Origin: a virus
IMG/VR virus record: IMGVR_UViG_3300031730_000001
Coordinates: 1-64,000 of that record
DNA length: 64,000 nt
Direction: 5' to 3' (one strand)
The notes below the pieces were generated by a model, which was given only the letters and a program-made list of their open reading frames with translations, was not told where the DNA came from and made no database searches. The position numbers and the translations under genes are program-made. Below are positions 29,301 to 38,993 of this stretch, piece after piece. Position 1 is the first letter of the stretch; each line of letters begins with the position of its first letter.

Positions 29301-31592
29301 GCGCAGTCGACCTACGATTTCGCGCGCGCCAACAATGAGGGCGTCGTCCCGGCCTTGAAGCAGGCCGAGGCCCGCATGGAGACGTCCTGGAAGGCCGCGG
29401 TCACTGCGGGGGAGAAGTTCGGGCTCACCGCGGACCAGGCGAAGGTGCTGGCGGCCCAGATGGGATTCATCCCGTCGTCGCTGGCCATCACCATGTCGAC
29501 GCCAGGTCTCAGCGAGACCCAGAAGCAGCTGCTGTATGTGCAGGGCCTCGCCGGGCACATGCCGAAGGGGTCCACGATCCGCGTGTCGGCACTCACCGCC
29601 GAGGCCAAGGCGGACATCGAGTCCGTCGGCTTCAAGGTGAAGACCCTGCCCGGCGGGCGCCAGATGGAAATCACCGCCCCGACAGGGAAGGCCGCCGCCG
29701 CCCTGGACGCGCTGATCGCCAAGAAGCTGCCCTCCAAGGCGGTGGGCGTCGACGCCAAGACCGCCAGCGCCATGGCGGCTCTGGAGGCCGTCAGGCGGAA
29801 GGTGGCAGGGACCAAGGGGAAGTCGATCACTGTTGGCGCGCTGACCGGTGCAGCACAGAGCGCCCTGACCAGCCTGGGCTTCAAGGTGCAGAGGCTCCCC
29901 AACCGTCAGGTCAGGGTGACGCTGCCGACCGGTGGTCCGGCAGCGGCAGCCGCCGCAATCCAGCGCTACATCAACAACCTGCACGGCAAGACCGTCACCA
30001 ACTACGTCAACTCGATCGTGACGACGACGAAGAAGTCCGTCCACGAGGTCGTCGGCAAAGCCGACGGCGGCATCGTCAGCTTCTACGCCGACGGCGGCAT
30101 GCACGAAAACCATGTCGCCCAGATCGCCCGCAAGGGCACGTACCGGGTGTGGGCGGAGGATGAGGCAGGGGACGAGGCCTACATCCCTCTCAACCCGGCG
30201 AAGCGTGGCCGCTCGCGGCAGATCGCCGCGCAGACGGTCAGCCGGCTCGGCGGGGCTGTCGCCTGGTACGCCAACGGCGGCCTGAGCGGATTCACGTACT
30301 CGCCGACCGGCCAGCCGGTGCTTGGCGGCCCGTCGGACGCCAAGTCGCGCTACGACCAGGACGTCCAGCGCCTGAAGGACGCCTGGTCGAAGCTCACCGC
30401 TGCGCTGGCGGACGCCAAGAAGAAGACCGACGCCCTCGGCGCCGCGGAGAAAAACCTCTCCCGGGTGCGCCACGAGCACCACACGGCAGCCCAGCTGCGG
30501 GCCGCCGAGGAGCGTGTCGACAAGGCCCGGTCAGCGAAGAAGGCGGCGGACAAGACGGTCTCCAAAGACCGGGCCGCCGTCAACGCGGCCGACAAGGATC
30601 TCGGACTGAAGAAGGGCGCCAAGGCTCCGACCGGGTTCAACCTGGCCGCCTACCAGGCCGAGCTGAACAAGTCGGTGGCGGCGACCGAGAAGTGGCGCGG
30701 CAACCTGTCGAAGATCTCCAAGCGGGGTGGCGCCGAAGTCGAATCCCTCCTGGAGAACATGGGCCAGGACGGCTACGCCCTCGTCAACTCGCTGGCCGGA
30801 GCATCCACGAAGCAGTTCAACGACATCGTCAAGAAGCTGCAGAAGACCGGCGACGTCGCGAAAGCCACCCTCGCCGACTTCGACAAGCAGCTCAACGCGA
30901 GCACGCAGCAGAACGCGCAGTTCGCCGCCGACCTGCAGAAACTGGCCGCCGAGGGCTATGGGGATCTCGCACAGGCCCTCGCCGCCCAGGGCGACTCCAA
31001 CGCGCAGGCCCTCGCCCATGAGGCGGCAGGCAACAGCAAGAGCGCCTCAGCGGCCAACAAGAACGTCGGGAAGGCGCAGGCCGCACTCACCGGCGACGAC
31101 CTGACGAACTCGCTGATCCTCCTGTCCACACTGCGCGGCGGCGCGGGCCGCGGCTATGCGGACCTGATCGCGGCGGGTCTAGGAACGGACGTCATCAAGG
31201 CCCTCGTGCCGAAAATGACGAAGCAGATCGCCGCGCTGCCCGACGCGAACAAAGCGGTGTTCGTCCGCCAGTGGGTGTCGCAGGGCGGCACGGCGATGGC
31301 GGCCGGCGGAATCCTCACCAAAGCCACCCCGGTTCTCGCCGGCGAGGCCGGCGTACCCGAGGCGTTCATCCCGCTCACCCAGACCTCCCGCAGCCGGGCA
31401 CTGCTTGCAGCCTCCGCCGCCGCGCTCGGCTACCACCTGGTGCCGGCGAGCCGGTATGCGAGCCACGGCTACAGCGACGGGCGGGCCGGATATGGGGGCG
31501 ACCGGATCAACAACATCACCCTCAACGGCGCCAAGCAGACCACCGCCGAACAGGCAATGGACATCGCCCGCCACATGGCGTTCGTCGGCTGA
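26301..31592 (+). CDS. Tape measure protein
   Basis: 1763 aa, Ala/Gly-rich helical, TP901-type core, GGPWG, EAYIPL motifs. Confidence 0.95.
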   Translation: MADRTVRVRVIAEMPGFGTVIRTGTGELIALGEASLVAGRGIRALGADGAAARAGLTAMGAGARGGAAGVREGEAAALAASRGTRAMRDETVLAPAAFGRMGTAARTGMGSVRSGVESVLGPVKHLGALLAGGAILFGLHDIVHAGNEYTDAMNKFLEVTRASGAQMSSAGREAQALGADMKLPSANAAEAADAMVELAKAGLSAQDAIRAARGTIQLSAAARTDVATAAKIEGDIMDQFALKSTEATHVADVLANTSNSASGELMDIYYAMKYVGPIAHTMGISIKDTATAVGLLGKSGIIGETAGTALRSALVNMAKPTKLASKGLHELGIEAFDSQGNFKGLQYVITKLGDASHHLTTQQFTAAAAMAFGKPALAGMVALAHQGGTAFQQFGVQVGRVGGAAALAAAESKGLGGAMRGLGKQLQSAFLQVYLGVAPGLEKITRSMTKGVSDAIPYIKSGIRIAGDLWDIYGPSVEAKLHSASSGIGKAAASLANPVKAALSGALVAAVPLAITSVQSLEKVLSNAGAAAAPLVGGMHDLLTSVSSGAGALGVATGRLQVGVGLIGDMSGILRPIGAIVGGIAHAFAGLPGPIQLSILAMLAMRPFRGQIQGMQSAVAGYGRSAVASFNGVRGAMQTQTMLAARAGVSLGRWGAGLASLEARSPTIAAMGNSFRSASTGIQEAGGRLVGFRSAAGGAMAAIGTGVGRGLMGGMRGLYGFLGGPWGIAIAGAMIGLDMLARKQQEAAAAAAAHQQRISSLTQALAASAGLADGSVRAAAVQTLADAKLKDGKTQLLNVMHEAGVGTSQLTDAYLGQGTSIDTLQKKLLTAANANREWVASGKNGRKVAFTDQGQAYKDAADALGSLSGEFGTAKKKQADLAAAVKGSGAAALDATDPTGRLQTAIKTLGDSASDADTKARALHTALDLLSGGELDVQAAVATMNQALIDLNGSYKDGLDHAKGYGKALLQVDGSLNTTSENGQSLWTKLQALNEQTAGAAQSTYDFARANNEGVVPALKQAEARMETSWKAAVTAGEKFGLTADQAKVLAAQMGFIPSSLAITMSTPGLSETQKQLLYVQGLAGHMPKGSTIRVSALTAEAKADIESVGFKVKTLPGGRQMEITAPTGKAAAALDALIAKKLPSKAVGVDAKTASAMAALEAVRRKVAGTKGKSITVGALTGAAQSALTSLGFKVQRLPNRQVRVTLPTGGPAAAAAAIQRYINNLHGKTVTNYVNSIVTTTKKSVHEVVGKADGGIVSFYADGGMHENHVAQIARKGTYRVWAEDEAGDEAYIPLNPAKRGRSRQIAAQTVSRLGGAVAWYANGGLSGFTYSPTGQPVLGGPSDAKSRYDQDVQRLKDAWSKLTAALADAKKKTDALGAAEKNLSRVRHEHHTAAQLRAAEERVDKARSAKKAADKTVSKDRAAVNAADKDLGLKKGAKAPTGFNLAAYQAELNKSVAATEKWRGNLSKISKRGGAEVESLLENMGQDGYALVNSLAGASTKQFNDIVKKLQKTGDVAKATLADFDKQLNASTQQNAQFAADLQKLAAEGYGDLAQALAAQGDSNAQALAHEAAGNSKSASAANKNVGKAQAALTGDDLTNSLILLSTLRGGAGRGYADLIAAGLGTDVIKALVPKMTKQIAALPDANKAVFVRQWVSQGGTAMAAGGILTKATPVLAGEAGVPEAFIPLTQTSRSRALLAASAAALGYHLVPASRYASHGYSDGRAGYGGDRINNITLNGAKQTTAEQAMDIARHMAFVG

Positions 31593-31607
31593 CGGGAAGG
31601 AGGCGCG

Positions 31608-32480
31608 GTGTCGTTGATGGCAGGGCAAGACCTCGGCGGAGTGTGGGTTGACCTCGGCGCCATCCCGCTCGGGCGGGTGGACTCCGTCGGGGTCGCCTGG
31701 GGGTTGCAGTCGTTCGACGGCTGGGACAGCGCCGAGGTCCGCAGCGAATACACCGACCGGGAGGCCGACCACGGATCGTGGGCATCCCCGGCCTATCTCG
31801 GCTCGCGGCCCATGACGCTGGCCGGGACGGTCACCGCCCCGGACCGGACAAGCCTTGAGGACGCCCTGGAGCGGCTGCGCACCGCGACAGCACTCACCGA
31901 CACCACGCTGGTGGTGTACGAGCTGGCGTCGCCGAAACAGGCGGTAGTACGCCGCTCCGGGAAGCCGCTGATGGCTTACGTCACCGACCGGATCGCCACC
32001 TACAGCGTGCTCGTCACCGCGGCCGATCCGCGCCGCTACAGCACCACCCTGCAGACCGGGACGACCGGCCTGCCTGCCACCACCGGCGGACTGACCTTCC
32101 CGATCACCTTCCCGGTCACGTTCTCGGCGACGACCGTGTCCGGGCAGATCGGCGCCGTCAACTCGGGCTCCATAGAGACCCGCCCGATCCTGACGATCGC
32201 CGGCCCCGTGGTCGCGCCCACCGTGTCCGCGCTCTATCCGGATGGCACGGTGCGACAGCTCATCTACTCGCTCGACCTGGCGTCCGGCGATGTCCTGACC
32301 GTCGACACCGACGCCCACACCGTGCTGCTCAACGGCTCCGTATCCCGGCGCCGCTTCATGTCGGTGCCGTCCGGATGGCCCACGATCCCGGCCGGGGCGT
32401 CCGTCAGCTACCAGTTCCAGAGCTCGACCTACAACGCGAGCGCAATGCTGACCGCCCAATGGCGCTCGGCGTGGATGTGA
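31608..32480 (+). CDS. Distal tail protein (Dit-like)
   Basis: A.DPRRYS...GLTFP.TFP.TF...N.G...TRP...I.GP. Confidence 0.85.
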   Translation: MSLMAGQDLGGVWVDLGAIPLGRVDSVGVAWGLQSFDGWDSAEVRSEYTDREADHGSWASPAYLGSRPMTLAGTVTAPDRTSLEDALERLRTATALTDTTLVVYELASPKQAVVRRSGKPLMAYVTDRIATYSVLVTAADPRRYSTTLQTGTTGLPATTGGLTFPITFPVTFSATTVSGQIGAVNSGSIETRPILTIAGPVVAPTVSALYPDGTVRQLIYSLDLASGDVLTVDTDAHTVLLNGSVSRRRFMSVPSGWPTIPAGASVSYQFQSSTYNASAMLTAQWRSAWM

Positions 32481-32490
32481 GGAGGCGTTC

Positions 32491-33519
32491 ATGCCAGTAG
32501 ACCCGTGGGCAATCGATGGCCTGGCGTTCTCGGGCCTCGAAGCCCGGCTCGTGGAATCCCTGGCCGTCATGGGCAACGGAAGCGCCCTGGGAGCCGTCTC
32601 GGGCGTCCGGCCCGGCGACCCCGGCCTGACCGTCACCCTGGCCGGTACCACCATCAACTGCTCGGCCGGGGTGGCAGCCGTCGCCTACAGCGGGCAAGGC
32701 GTCTACCGGTGCGCGTTCCCCTCGTCGGTGTCACCCGGCACCTACACGGCAGCCCACGCGACCCTGAACAGGATCGACCTCGTCTACCTGCGGGTGTGGG
32801 ACAACAGCGTGGACGCGTCCGGCCTCAACAAAGCGGACATCGTCTACCTGGCGGGCACCCCGTCGTCAACGCCGGTCGCCCCGACCCCGGCAGGTACGCA
32901 GATCTACCTGCCGCTCGCCACGATCACCGTGCTGTCCGTGTCCAACGGCGGCACCGCCTCCGTGAGCACGGCGATACGCCCGTACACGGTGGCGCCCGGC
33001 GGCATTCTGCCCGCCACCACCGCGCCGACCGGCCTGTACGTCGGCCAGTACTACGACAACGCCACCGGCCTGCTGCGCTGGAACGGCACCAACTGGCGGC
33101 AGGTCAGCCCCTACACACCACTCTCCCAGGCGCAGGTCAGCCAGCCCGGATCATTCACGGCCGGTACCTACACCGACTTCCCCTCCGGGAACTGGCCGAC
33201 ACTCGCCTTCACCGTGCCCCCCAGCGGCCTGGTGTGGATCAGCATCGGCGCAGCCATCCAGAACACCAACTCGGGTACATCCACGGGATGGGTTACATGG
33301 CGCGCCTCCGGAGGGGTGACCGAGGCGGGGTCCGAGGCCAACGGGGTGTCGACCTACGGCTCCCGCACCTACGCCACCCGCCGCGTCCTGCGCTCCTGGA
33401 CGCCCGGCGCAGCTGTCACACTCACCCCGCAGTACCTGTTCAGCTCCGTCGGCACTCTGACCTCCGTCACCCGGGCCGACAACGGGCTGCTCACCGTCGA
33501 ACCCGTCGCCGTCGCATGA
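32491..33519 (+). CDS. Minor tail / receptor-binding protein
   Basis: RIDLVYLRVWD...G.P...P..P baseplate-attachment N-terminus. Confidence 0.8.
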   Translation: MPVDPWAIDGLAFSGLEARLVESLAVMGNGSALGAVSGVRPGDPGLTVTLAGTTINCSAGVAAVAYSGQGVYRCAFPSSVSPGTYTAAHATLNRIDLVYLRVWDNSVDASGLNKADIVYLAGTPSSTPVAPTPAGTQIYLPLATITVLSVSNGGTASVSTAIRPYTVAPGGILPATTAPTGLYVGQYYDNATGLLRWNGTNWRQVSPYTPLSQAQVSQPGSFTAGTYTDFPSGNWPTLAFTVPPSGLVWISIGAAIQNTNSGTSTGWVTWRASGGVTEAGSEANGVSTYGSRTYATRRVLRSWTPGAAVTLTPQYLFSSVGTLTSVTRADNGLLTVEPVAVA

Positions 33520-34607
33520 CCGAGACCGCCTACCAGCTCGACTGGTACGGCTGCGACCTGCGCACGGGCGGCATCGTCGAAGACCTCCGCTCCATCAAAC
33601 CGACCGGGCCGCTCACCCGGAAACTCGGCGACTCGACCACCCTGCAGTTCGACCTCAGCCTGCCCGGCGCCCCCGGCGGATGGGACAGCGCCACCGCGCC
33701 CGGCCGGTCCATGCTCGTTGCTGTCGACGCCGCCACCAACACCCCGATCTGGGCAGGCGCCGTACTCCCCCGCAGCGGCGGCAGCTCACAGACCGTTTCG
33801 CTCGGCGCCGCCACCCTGGAGGCCTACTTCGACGCCCGCTTCCCCGGCGACCAGACCTTGGTCGGCGTCGACCAGGCCGCCGTGATTTCGGCGCTTGTCA
33901 CGCCGGCGCTCACCAGCGGGCCGCCGATCGTCATCGACGCGCCCAACACGGGCGTCGTCATGACCTACCTGACGCAGGACGGCGACGACAAGTCGATCCT
34001 GTCCTGCCTCAAAGAGGTCATGGCCCTCGATGGCGGCCCCGAGTGGACCATCGACGTCGCGTGGAACGCAGGGCACACAGGGTTTCAGTTTCCGCTGCGG
34101 GTCCGCCCCGCCATCGGCACTCAGGCCAGCCCGCCCGAAGGCACCTTCGATTTCCCGGGCTGCGTGGACAGCTACACGCTCGCCGAATCCTACGAGTCAG
34201 GCAAGGGCGCCACTCGTGTCATCGCCCGCGGTGAAGGCGAAGGCACCTCCCGGCTCACCTCCATCGTCCACGAGGCGACCGCACTGATCGCCAACGGCTG
34301 GCCCGCGTGGGAATACCGCTACACCCCCGCGACGGGCATCGACGACCCCGACCAGCTGGACGCGCACGCCACGCAGTCCCTGGCCCTCATGCAACTGGGC
34401 GCGCAGGTCTGGTCCGTTGAAGCGGTCGCCTCCCGCGCGCCACGACTCGGCCGGGACTGGGGCCTGGGCGACACCGTGCGTCTCGCCGTCGAAACCGGCA
34501 GATCACCCCGCCACCCGCAAGGCGCCGACATCACAGCACGCTGCTGGTCCTGGGAACTCGACCCCGGCGCCGACAAAATCCGGCCCATCCTCGTAGAGGA
34601 GAGCTGA
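33516..34607 (+). CDS. Minor tail (hub/Tal-like) protein
   Basis: DLRTG...IWAG...GPEW.ID...DWGLGD.V. Confidence 0.8.
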   Translation: MTETAYQLDWYGCDLRTGGIVEDLRSIKPTGPLTRKLGDSTTLQFDLSLPGAPGGWDSATAPGRSMLVAVDAATNTPIWAGAVLPRSGGSSQTVSLGAATLEAYFDARFPGDQTLVGVDQAAVISALVTPALTSGPPIVIDAPNTGVVMTYLTQDGDDKSILSCLKEVMALDGGPEWTIDVAWNAGHTGFQFPLRVRPAIGTQASPPEGTFDFPGCVDSYTLAESYESGKGATRVIARGEGEGTSRLTSIVHEATALIANGWPAWEYRYTPATGIDDPDQLDAHATQSLALMQLGAQVWSVEAVASRAPRLGRDWGLGDTVRLAVETGRSPRHPQGADITARCWSWELDPGADKIRPILVEES

Positions 34608-35416
34608 TGCCACGCCAGCTCGACCAACTGCCCACCGACGCCACCACGATGGCCCGGAAAATCGCCGCCCTGGAACGGCAGGTCAACGAGCTGCGGGCCG
34701 CCCGCCGCCTCGGCTCCGCAACCGCAGGGGTGATCCAAACTGCAGCCTCCGGCGCCCGCGTTGTGATGGACGGAGACAACCAGGCCGTCGACGTGTACGG
34801 GGCCGACGGCACGACTCTCCTGGCGGAGCTTGGCCCCGACGCCAGCGGCGGCGGCGGCCTGTGGACGCGCGGCCTGCAAGACCCCAACAACATCAGCTCC
34901 TACCTGGGCAGCGGAGAGCTGTCCTTCCGGCCTGTCGAAAACGGGCTCGTCCAGGTCCCGGCCAACATCTACTACGACACCGACGCCTTTCAGTACTCCG
35001 ACTTCACCCTCACCAGCGGCTCCGTCGGCGCGGCCGACCACCGGGCGCTGCTCATCCTGGAGTCCATCTACGCCGGCGCGACCCCGTATGTATACATCCA
35101 GGGCGAGAACGGCACCCAGTGCAACATGGACGTTCTCGGAGTCCTCACCGCGAGCAACCTGGCGTGGGGCAGCGTGGCCATCACGCCGAGCGCCGCGAAC
35201 ACCCCAACGAGCGCCACCGTCACGGGACTCAGCCTCAAGGGCAGCACGTTCATCGGCTTCTCCGGCGCCCAGACTGCCGCCCCCGGCTCGACAACCCTCA
35301 CGAACGGCGTCACTGGCACGAGCGCCATCTCCGCCACCTCAACTGGCCTGACGGTGTGGCTGACCCGGCAAAACACGAGCGCGACAACAGTGAACTGGCT
35401 GGTGATAGGCATATGA
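34607..35416 (+). CDS. Minor tail protein / central fibre
   Basis: N-terminal coiled coil, QTA.SG.RV, C-terminal H-lectin-like VNWLVIG. Confidence 0.75.
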   Translation: MPRQLDQLPTDATTMARKIAALERQVNELRAARRLGSATAGVIQTAASGARVVMDGDNQAVDVYGADGTTLLAELGPDASGGGGLWTRGLQDPNNISSYLGSGELSFRPVENGLVQVPANIYYDTDAFQYSDFTLTSGSVGAADHRALLILESIYAGATPYVYIQGENGTQCNMDVLGVLTASNLAWGSVAITPSAANTPTSATVTGLSLKGSTFIGFSGAQTAAPGSTTLTNGVTGTSAISATSTGLTVWLTRQNTSATTVNWLVIGI

Positions 35417-35622
35417 GCGATGTGACGTTCCAACCTGGCCTGTACTACGAGGTCACCGCGCGCGACAACAACGAGGCATGCGCGAATTACGGGCAGATCT
35501 TCGACGTTCCGCAGTTCTACAGCAACGCCGGAACGAACTGTTTCGTGCAGTGCGGGCTCTGCAGTCAGCACATGGAGATCCTCACAGCCACGCTCCTCGA
35601 CCCGCAGCCCGAAGTCACCTGA
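35413..35622 (+). CDS. Small Zn-binding tail-associated protein
   Basis: C.N...VQCGLC; ATGA overlap. Confidence 0.65.
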   Translation: MSDVTFQPGLYYEVTARDNNEACANYGQIFDVPQFYSNAGTNCFVQCGLCSQHMEILTATLLDPQPEVT

Positions 35623-35686
35623 ACCATCCACCGCACCACCCTGCCCGAGCCCTCCGGCCGGGCCTTTTTCATGCCCTGGAGGGCAC

Positions 35687-36535
35687 TTGAGCACGAACGT
35701 TTACACCTCGGGTGATCCGAGACTCGGCCGCCGCGTCGAACATGATCCCCGCAGCCTTGCCTACGCCCACGGGGTACTACCCAAGGCCGCCATCAAGTCC
35801 GTGGACTGGACACGCCGCGCACCGATCTTCGATCAGGGGCAGGTCGGAAGCTGCACCGGCAACGCAGCTGCCGGACTCGTCGCCACCGACAGCGCCGCCC
35901 GCGCCGGGCTGACCACTGTCCCCATCCCCGGCGACCCCAACTTGTGGCCCGTCGACGAAGAGTTGGCCGTCGAGGTCTACAAGCTCGCCACCACCCTCGA
36001 CAACATCACCGGCGCCTACCCGCCAGACGACACCGGCTCCTCCGGCATCGGCGCCGCCAAGGCCCTGAAGAAGCTCGGCCTCGCCACCAGCTACACCCAC
36101 GCCTTTAGCATCGACGCACTCAAGAGCGCACTCCAGACCGGGCCCGTCATGGTCGGCACCGTCTGGCTGGAGTCCATGTTCGACCCCACACCGGCGGGCA
36201 ACATCACCGTCGACCGGAAGTCCGCCGTGGCAGGCGGCCACGAGTACGTGCTCTCCGCCTACGACGCCAGCGCCCGCCAGTTCCGCATCGACAATTCGTG
36301 GTCAGAGTCGTGGGCCATACGCGGTTCGGCCTGGATCACCGAGGCGGACATGCAGTGGCTGCTGTCCCAGCAGGGTGACGTCACCGTCCCCGCCTGGACC
36401 ACGGCCCCGGTGCCGACCCCTCCTCCCGCGCCCACTCCTGCTCCGGATCCTCGACTGGCTGAGGCGGCTGTTGCTGCCCAGCAGGTGGCGGATCTGATGC
36501 GGCCGTGGGCGCCCAGCAAGACGACGGGAGCCTGA
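35687..36535 (+). CDS. Papain-like (C1) cysteine peptidase
   Basis: DQGQVGSCTGNA, GGHE, IDNSW catalytic Q/C/H/N. Confidence 0.88.
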   Translation: MSTNVYTSGDPRLGRRVEHDPRSLAYAHGVLPKAAIKSVDWTRRAPIFDQGQVGSCTGNAAAGLVATDSAARAGLTTVPIPGDPNLWPVDEELAVEVYKLATTLDNITGAYPPDDTGSSGIGAAKALKKLGLATSYTHAFSIDALKSALQTGPVMVGTVWLESMFDPTPAGNITVDRKSAVAGGHEYVLSAYDASARQFRIDNSWSESWAIRGSAWITEADMQWLLSQQGDVTVPAWTTAPVPTPPPAPTPAPDPRLAEAAVAAQQVADLMRPWAPSKTTGA

Positions 36536-36537
36536 CG

Positions 36538-37380
36538 ATGGTTGATCTCTGGATGCCTGGCGCGGCCCGGCACTCTCTCGGCAACACCGGCGCGATGTCC
36601 GGCGGGCCCGCGCGCGCGGTCTGGCACATCACCTCCAACGAGCACGACTGGACGTTCAAGAACGAGCTGGGTTGGTTCACCGGTGGCGGCGCCGACGTGG
36701 CACCGCACCTTCTGTGGGACCCGTTCACCGGCGAGATGGCGCAGTTCTTCCCCGCGGACTCGCGGTCGCTGTCTCTCCAGAACGACGGCGCGGTGAAGAC
36801 GAACCGGACCGGTAAGTACTGCATCCAGATCGAGACCGTCTTCACGCAGGGCGAGACCGTCGGCGGCAAGAAGTACAACGCGGTCAAGGACACCCCCTGC
36901 AAGGGCCTCGACCAGATCATGGACTGGCTGAGGAGCCTCGGCATACCCGACGTCTGGCCTGGGGGAGCCCCGACGGGCTTCGTCCGCGATACCGTCTCCG
37001 CCGGCATGTGGGCGAACGACGGCGGCCAGTACGGGCACCACCAGATCCGCGGCAACGCGCACGTCGATCCGGGCCCGATGCCGAACCTGGCCGCGTTCGG
37101 TACGACGCCGGTCAAGCCGAAACCCAAGCCCGCCGTGAAGTACGAGCCGTTCCCGGGCGCCGCCTGGTTCTCGATGGGCCGCACGTCGCCGATCGTCGCC
37201 GCCATGCACGACCGGCTCGTCGCCGTCGGCTGCAGCCGCTACAAGTCGTCGACGGGCAAGAGCACCATCGGCTCCGGCGACAAGGCCAGCTACGAGGCCT
37301 GGCAGGAGAAGTGCGGCTTCCCCGGCGACTGGCCGCCCGGCAAGACCACCTGGGACCTGCTCAAAGTCCCCAACGTCTGA
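36538..37380 (+). CDS. Endolysin: N-acetylmuramoyl-L-alanine amidase with cell-wall-binding domain
   Basis: AVWHIT, PHLLWDP, CIQIE, GH..I..N.H.DPG; C-terminal YEPFPG...PGKTTWD. Confidence 0.88.
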   Translation: MVDLWMPGAARHSLGNTGAMSGGPARAVWHITSNEHDWTFKNELGWFTGGGADVAPHLLWDPFTGEMAQFFPADSRSLSLQNDGAVKTNRTGKYCIQIETVFTQGETVGGKKYNAVKDTPCKGLDQIMDWLRSLGIPDVWPGGAPTGFVRDTVSAGMWANDGGQYGHHQIRGNAHVDPGPMPNLAAFGTTPVKPKPKPAVKYEPFPGAAWFSMGRTSPIVAAMHDRLVAVGCSRYKSSTGKSTIGSGDKASYEAWQEKCGFPGDWPPGKTTWDLLKVPNV

Positions 37381-37688
37381 TGGGCTACGACCGCGGCGTG
37401 CCGCCGTCTGACTGGCCGGGCATGGAGATGGTCGGCATGACCCGGCTGACTGACGAGATCTACTTCGGGTGGCTGGCCAAGGAGCCCAACCCGACGTTCT
37501 GGCATTGGTGCAGCGCGCTGGAGGGCGTACCCGCCGAGCGCAAGGTGCACGACGGCTGCTGGGTGGCCGCCGGAACGAGCAGCCACCAGCTGGTTTCGCG
37601 CGACCCGCTGCACCTCGAACCGTCCCTGCTGTGGCAGTGCTGCGGCACGCATGGTTTCGTCCGCGAGGGGAGGTGGGTGTCCGCGTGA
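37380..37688 (+). CDS. Cys/His protein resembling DUF6527
   Basis: L.PSL..C..HGFVR.G.W. Confidence 0.6.
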   Translation: MGYDRGVPPSDWPGMEMVGMTRLTDEIYFGWLAKEPNPTFWHWCSALEGVPAERKVHDGCWVAAGTSSHQLVSRDPLHLEPSLLWQCCGTHGFVREGRWVSA

Positions 37689-38263
37689 CCGACCTCTTCT
37701 ACGATCTCGAATTCCTGGAGGACGGCCGCACCATCGAGCTGATCTCGATCGGCATGGTGTGCGACGACGGCCGCGAGTACTACGCCGTCAACTCCGAGGC
37801 CCCCTGGGATCGCGTCCGGAAGCACGACTGGCTGATGCAAAACGTGTGGCCCCATCTTCCATTGCGCGGTCACAAGAGCGGCCTGGTCACTGTCGGCGGC
37901 AAGACGGAGGTCAGGCTCACGGAGCCCGGTGTCATCGACGCCAGCAACACCCAGGTCAAACCGCGCTGGGTCATCGCCAATGAGGTCCGCGACTTCATCC
38001 AGGCGGCGGACGACCCGCAGTTGTGGGCAAACTGCGGAGCCTACGACTTCGTTGCGTTCGCCCAACTGTGGGGCCCGCTCGTCCGCCGCCCCAAGGGCGT
38101 GCCAGTCCGAACCAACGACATCCAGCAGGAACGCGCCCGCCTCGGCATCGCCTGGGACCAACTCCCGAAGCAGGAGTCCGGCGAGCACAACGCGCTCGCC
38201 GACGCGAGACACAACCAGACCATCCGGCGCTGGCTCGCCGAACAGGAAACGAGAACCCCATGA
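37685..38263 (+). CDS. DEDDh 3'-5' exo(ribo)nuclease, RNase AS/DUF5051-like
   Basis: FYDLEF..DG.TIELISIGMV, AYD, HNALADA. Confidence 0.85.
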   Translation: MTDLFYDLEFLEDGRTIELISIGMVCDDGREYYAVNSEAPWDRVRKHDWLMQNVWPHLPLRGHKSGLVTVGGKTEVRLTEPGVIDASNTQVKPRWVIANEVRDFIQAADDPQLWANCGAYDFVAFAQLWGPLVRRPKGVPVRTNDIQQERARLGIAWDQLPKQESGEHNALADARHNQTIRRWLAEQETRTP

Positions 38264-38628
38264 AGATCTTCGGACGCGAACCGGCTGCGGTCCTGGCCTT
38301 CGTCAGCATCCTGGTGAAGCTCGGCTCGGCCTACGTATTCCACGCCACCCAGACTCAGCAGGCCACCGTCAACACGGCTGCCGCCTGCATCGTCGCCCTG
38401 GCGATCGCGTTCATGGCCCATGACGCCATCGGCGCGGCCGTGTTCAACCTGGCGCAGGCCCTCGTCGCCGCCGCAGTCGGCTTCGGGCTGAAGCTCGACG
38501 CCGATCACCAGGCGCTGTGGCTGTCGCTCGTGACCGTCGTCATCGGCCTGTGGAGCCGCACCCAGATCACCGCGAAGACGAAGGCGTCCGTGCCGCGATC
38601 CGCCCGGGCCGTACAGGACGTCGTCTGA
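38260..38628 (+). CDS. Holin
   Basis: MKIFGREPA, several TM segments. Confidence 0.8.
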   Translation: MKIFGREPAAVLAFVSILVKLGSAYVFHATQTQQATVNTAAACIVALAIAFMAHDAIGAAVFNLAQALVAAAVGFGLKLDADHQALWLSLVTVVIGLWSRTQITAKTKASVPRSARAVQDVV

Positions 38629-38645
38629 GCCAGCCGGAGTAGCAC

Positions 38646-38993
38646 GTGCCTCCCGAGCCGTCGAACGCAGAGCTCGCCCACCGCATCGAGGCCATGCGGT
38701 TGGACCTCAAGGAGGACTTCAGGGAGCTCGGCAAGCGGCTCGACGCCAAGGTGTCCGTCGAACGCTACGAGCTGGAACGGCGGGCCGCCGACGGGGTGCA
38801 CCGTGCGCTCATCGAACGCGTGGCGGCCATCGAGGCCGAGCGGGCATCGGAGAAGCGGGACACCGAGTTGGAGCGCCGGAAGCGGGAGGATGAGCGGCGC
38901 GCAGACAAGCGGCTCATCTTCTCCGCGCTGATCGTGCCGGTGCTGATCGTGCTGCTGCAGGTGTACCTCTCGTCACGGGGGGCCGGTTCGTGA
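38646..38993 (+). CDS. Coiled-coil membrane protein of lysis cassette
   Basis: Charged helix plus C-terminal TM. Confidence 0.75.
   Translation: MPPEPSNAELAHRIEAMRLDLKEDFRELGKRLDAKVSVERYELERRAADGVHRALIERVAAIEAERASEKRDTELERRKREDERRADKRLIFSALIVPVLIVLLQVYLSSRGAGS

Noticed and set aside
32505-33515. N-terminal half of the 700-aa ORF
   Set aside because: Overlaps the real 32491-33519 gene; true start is 33516
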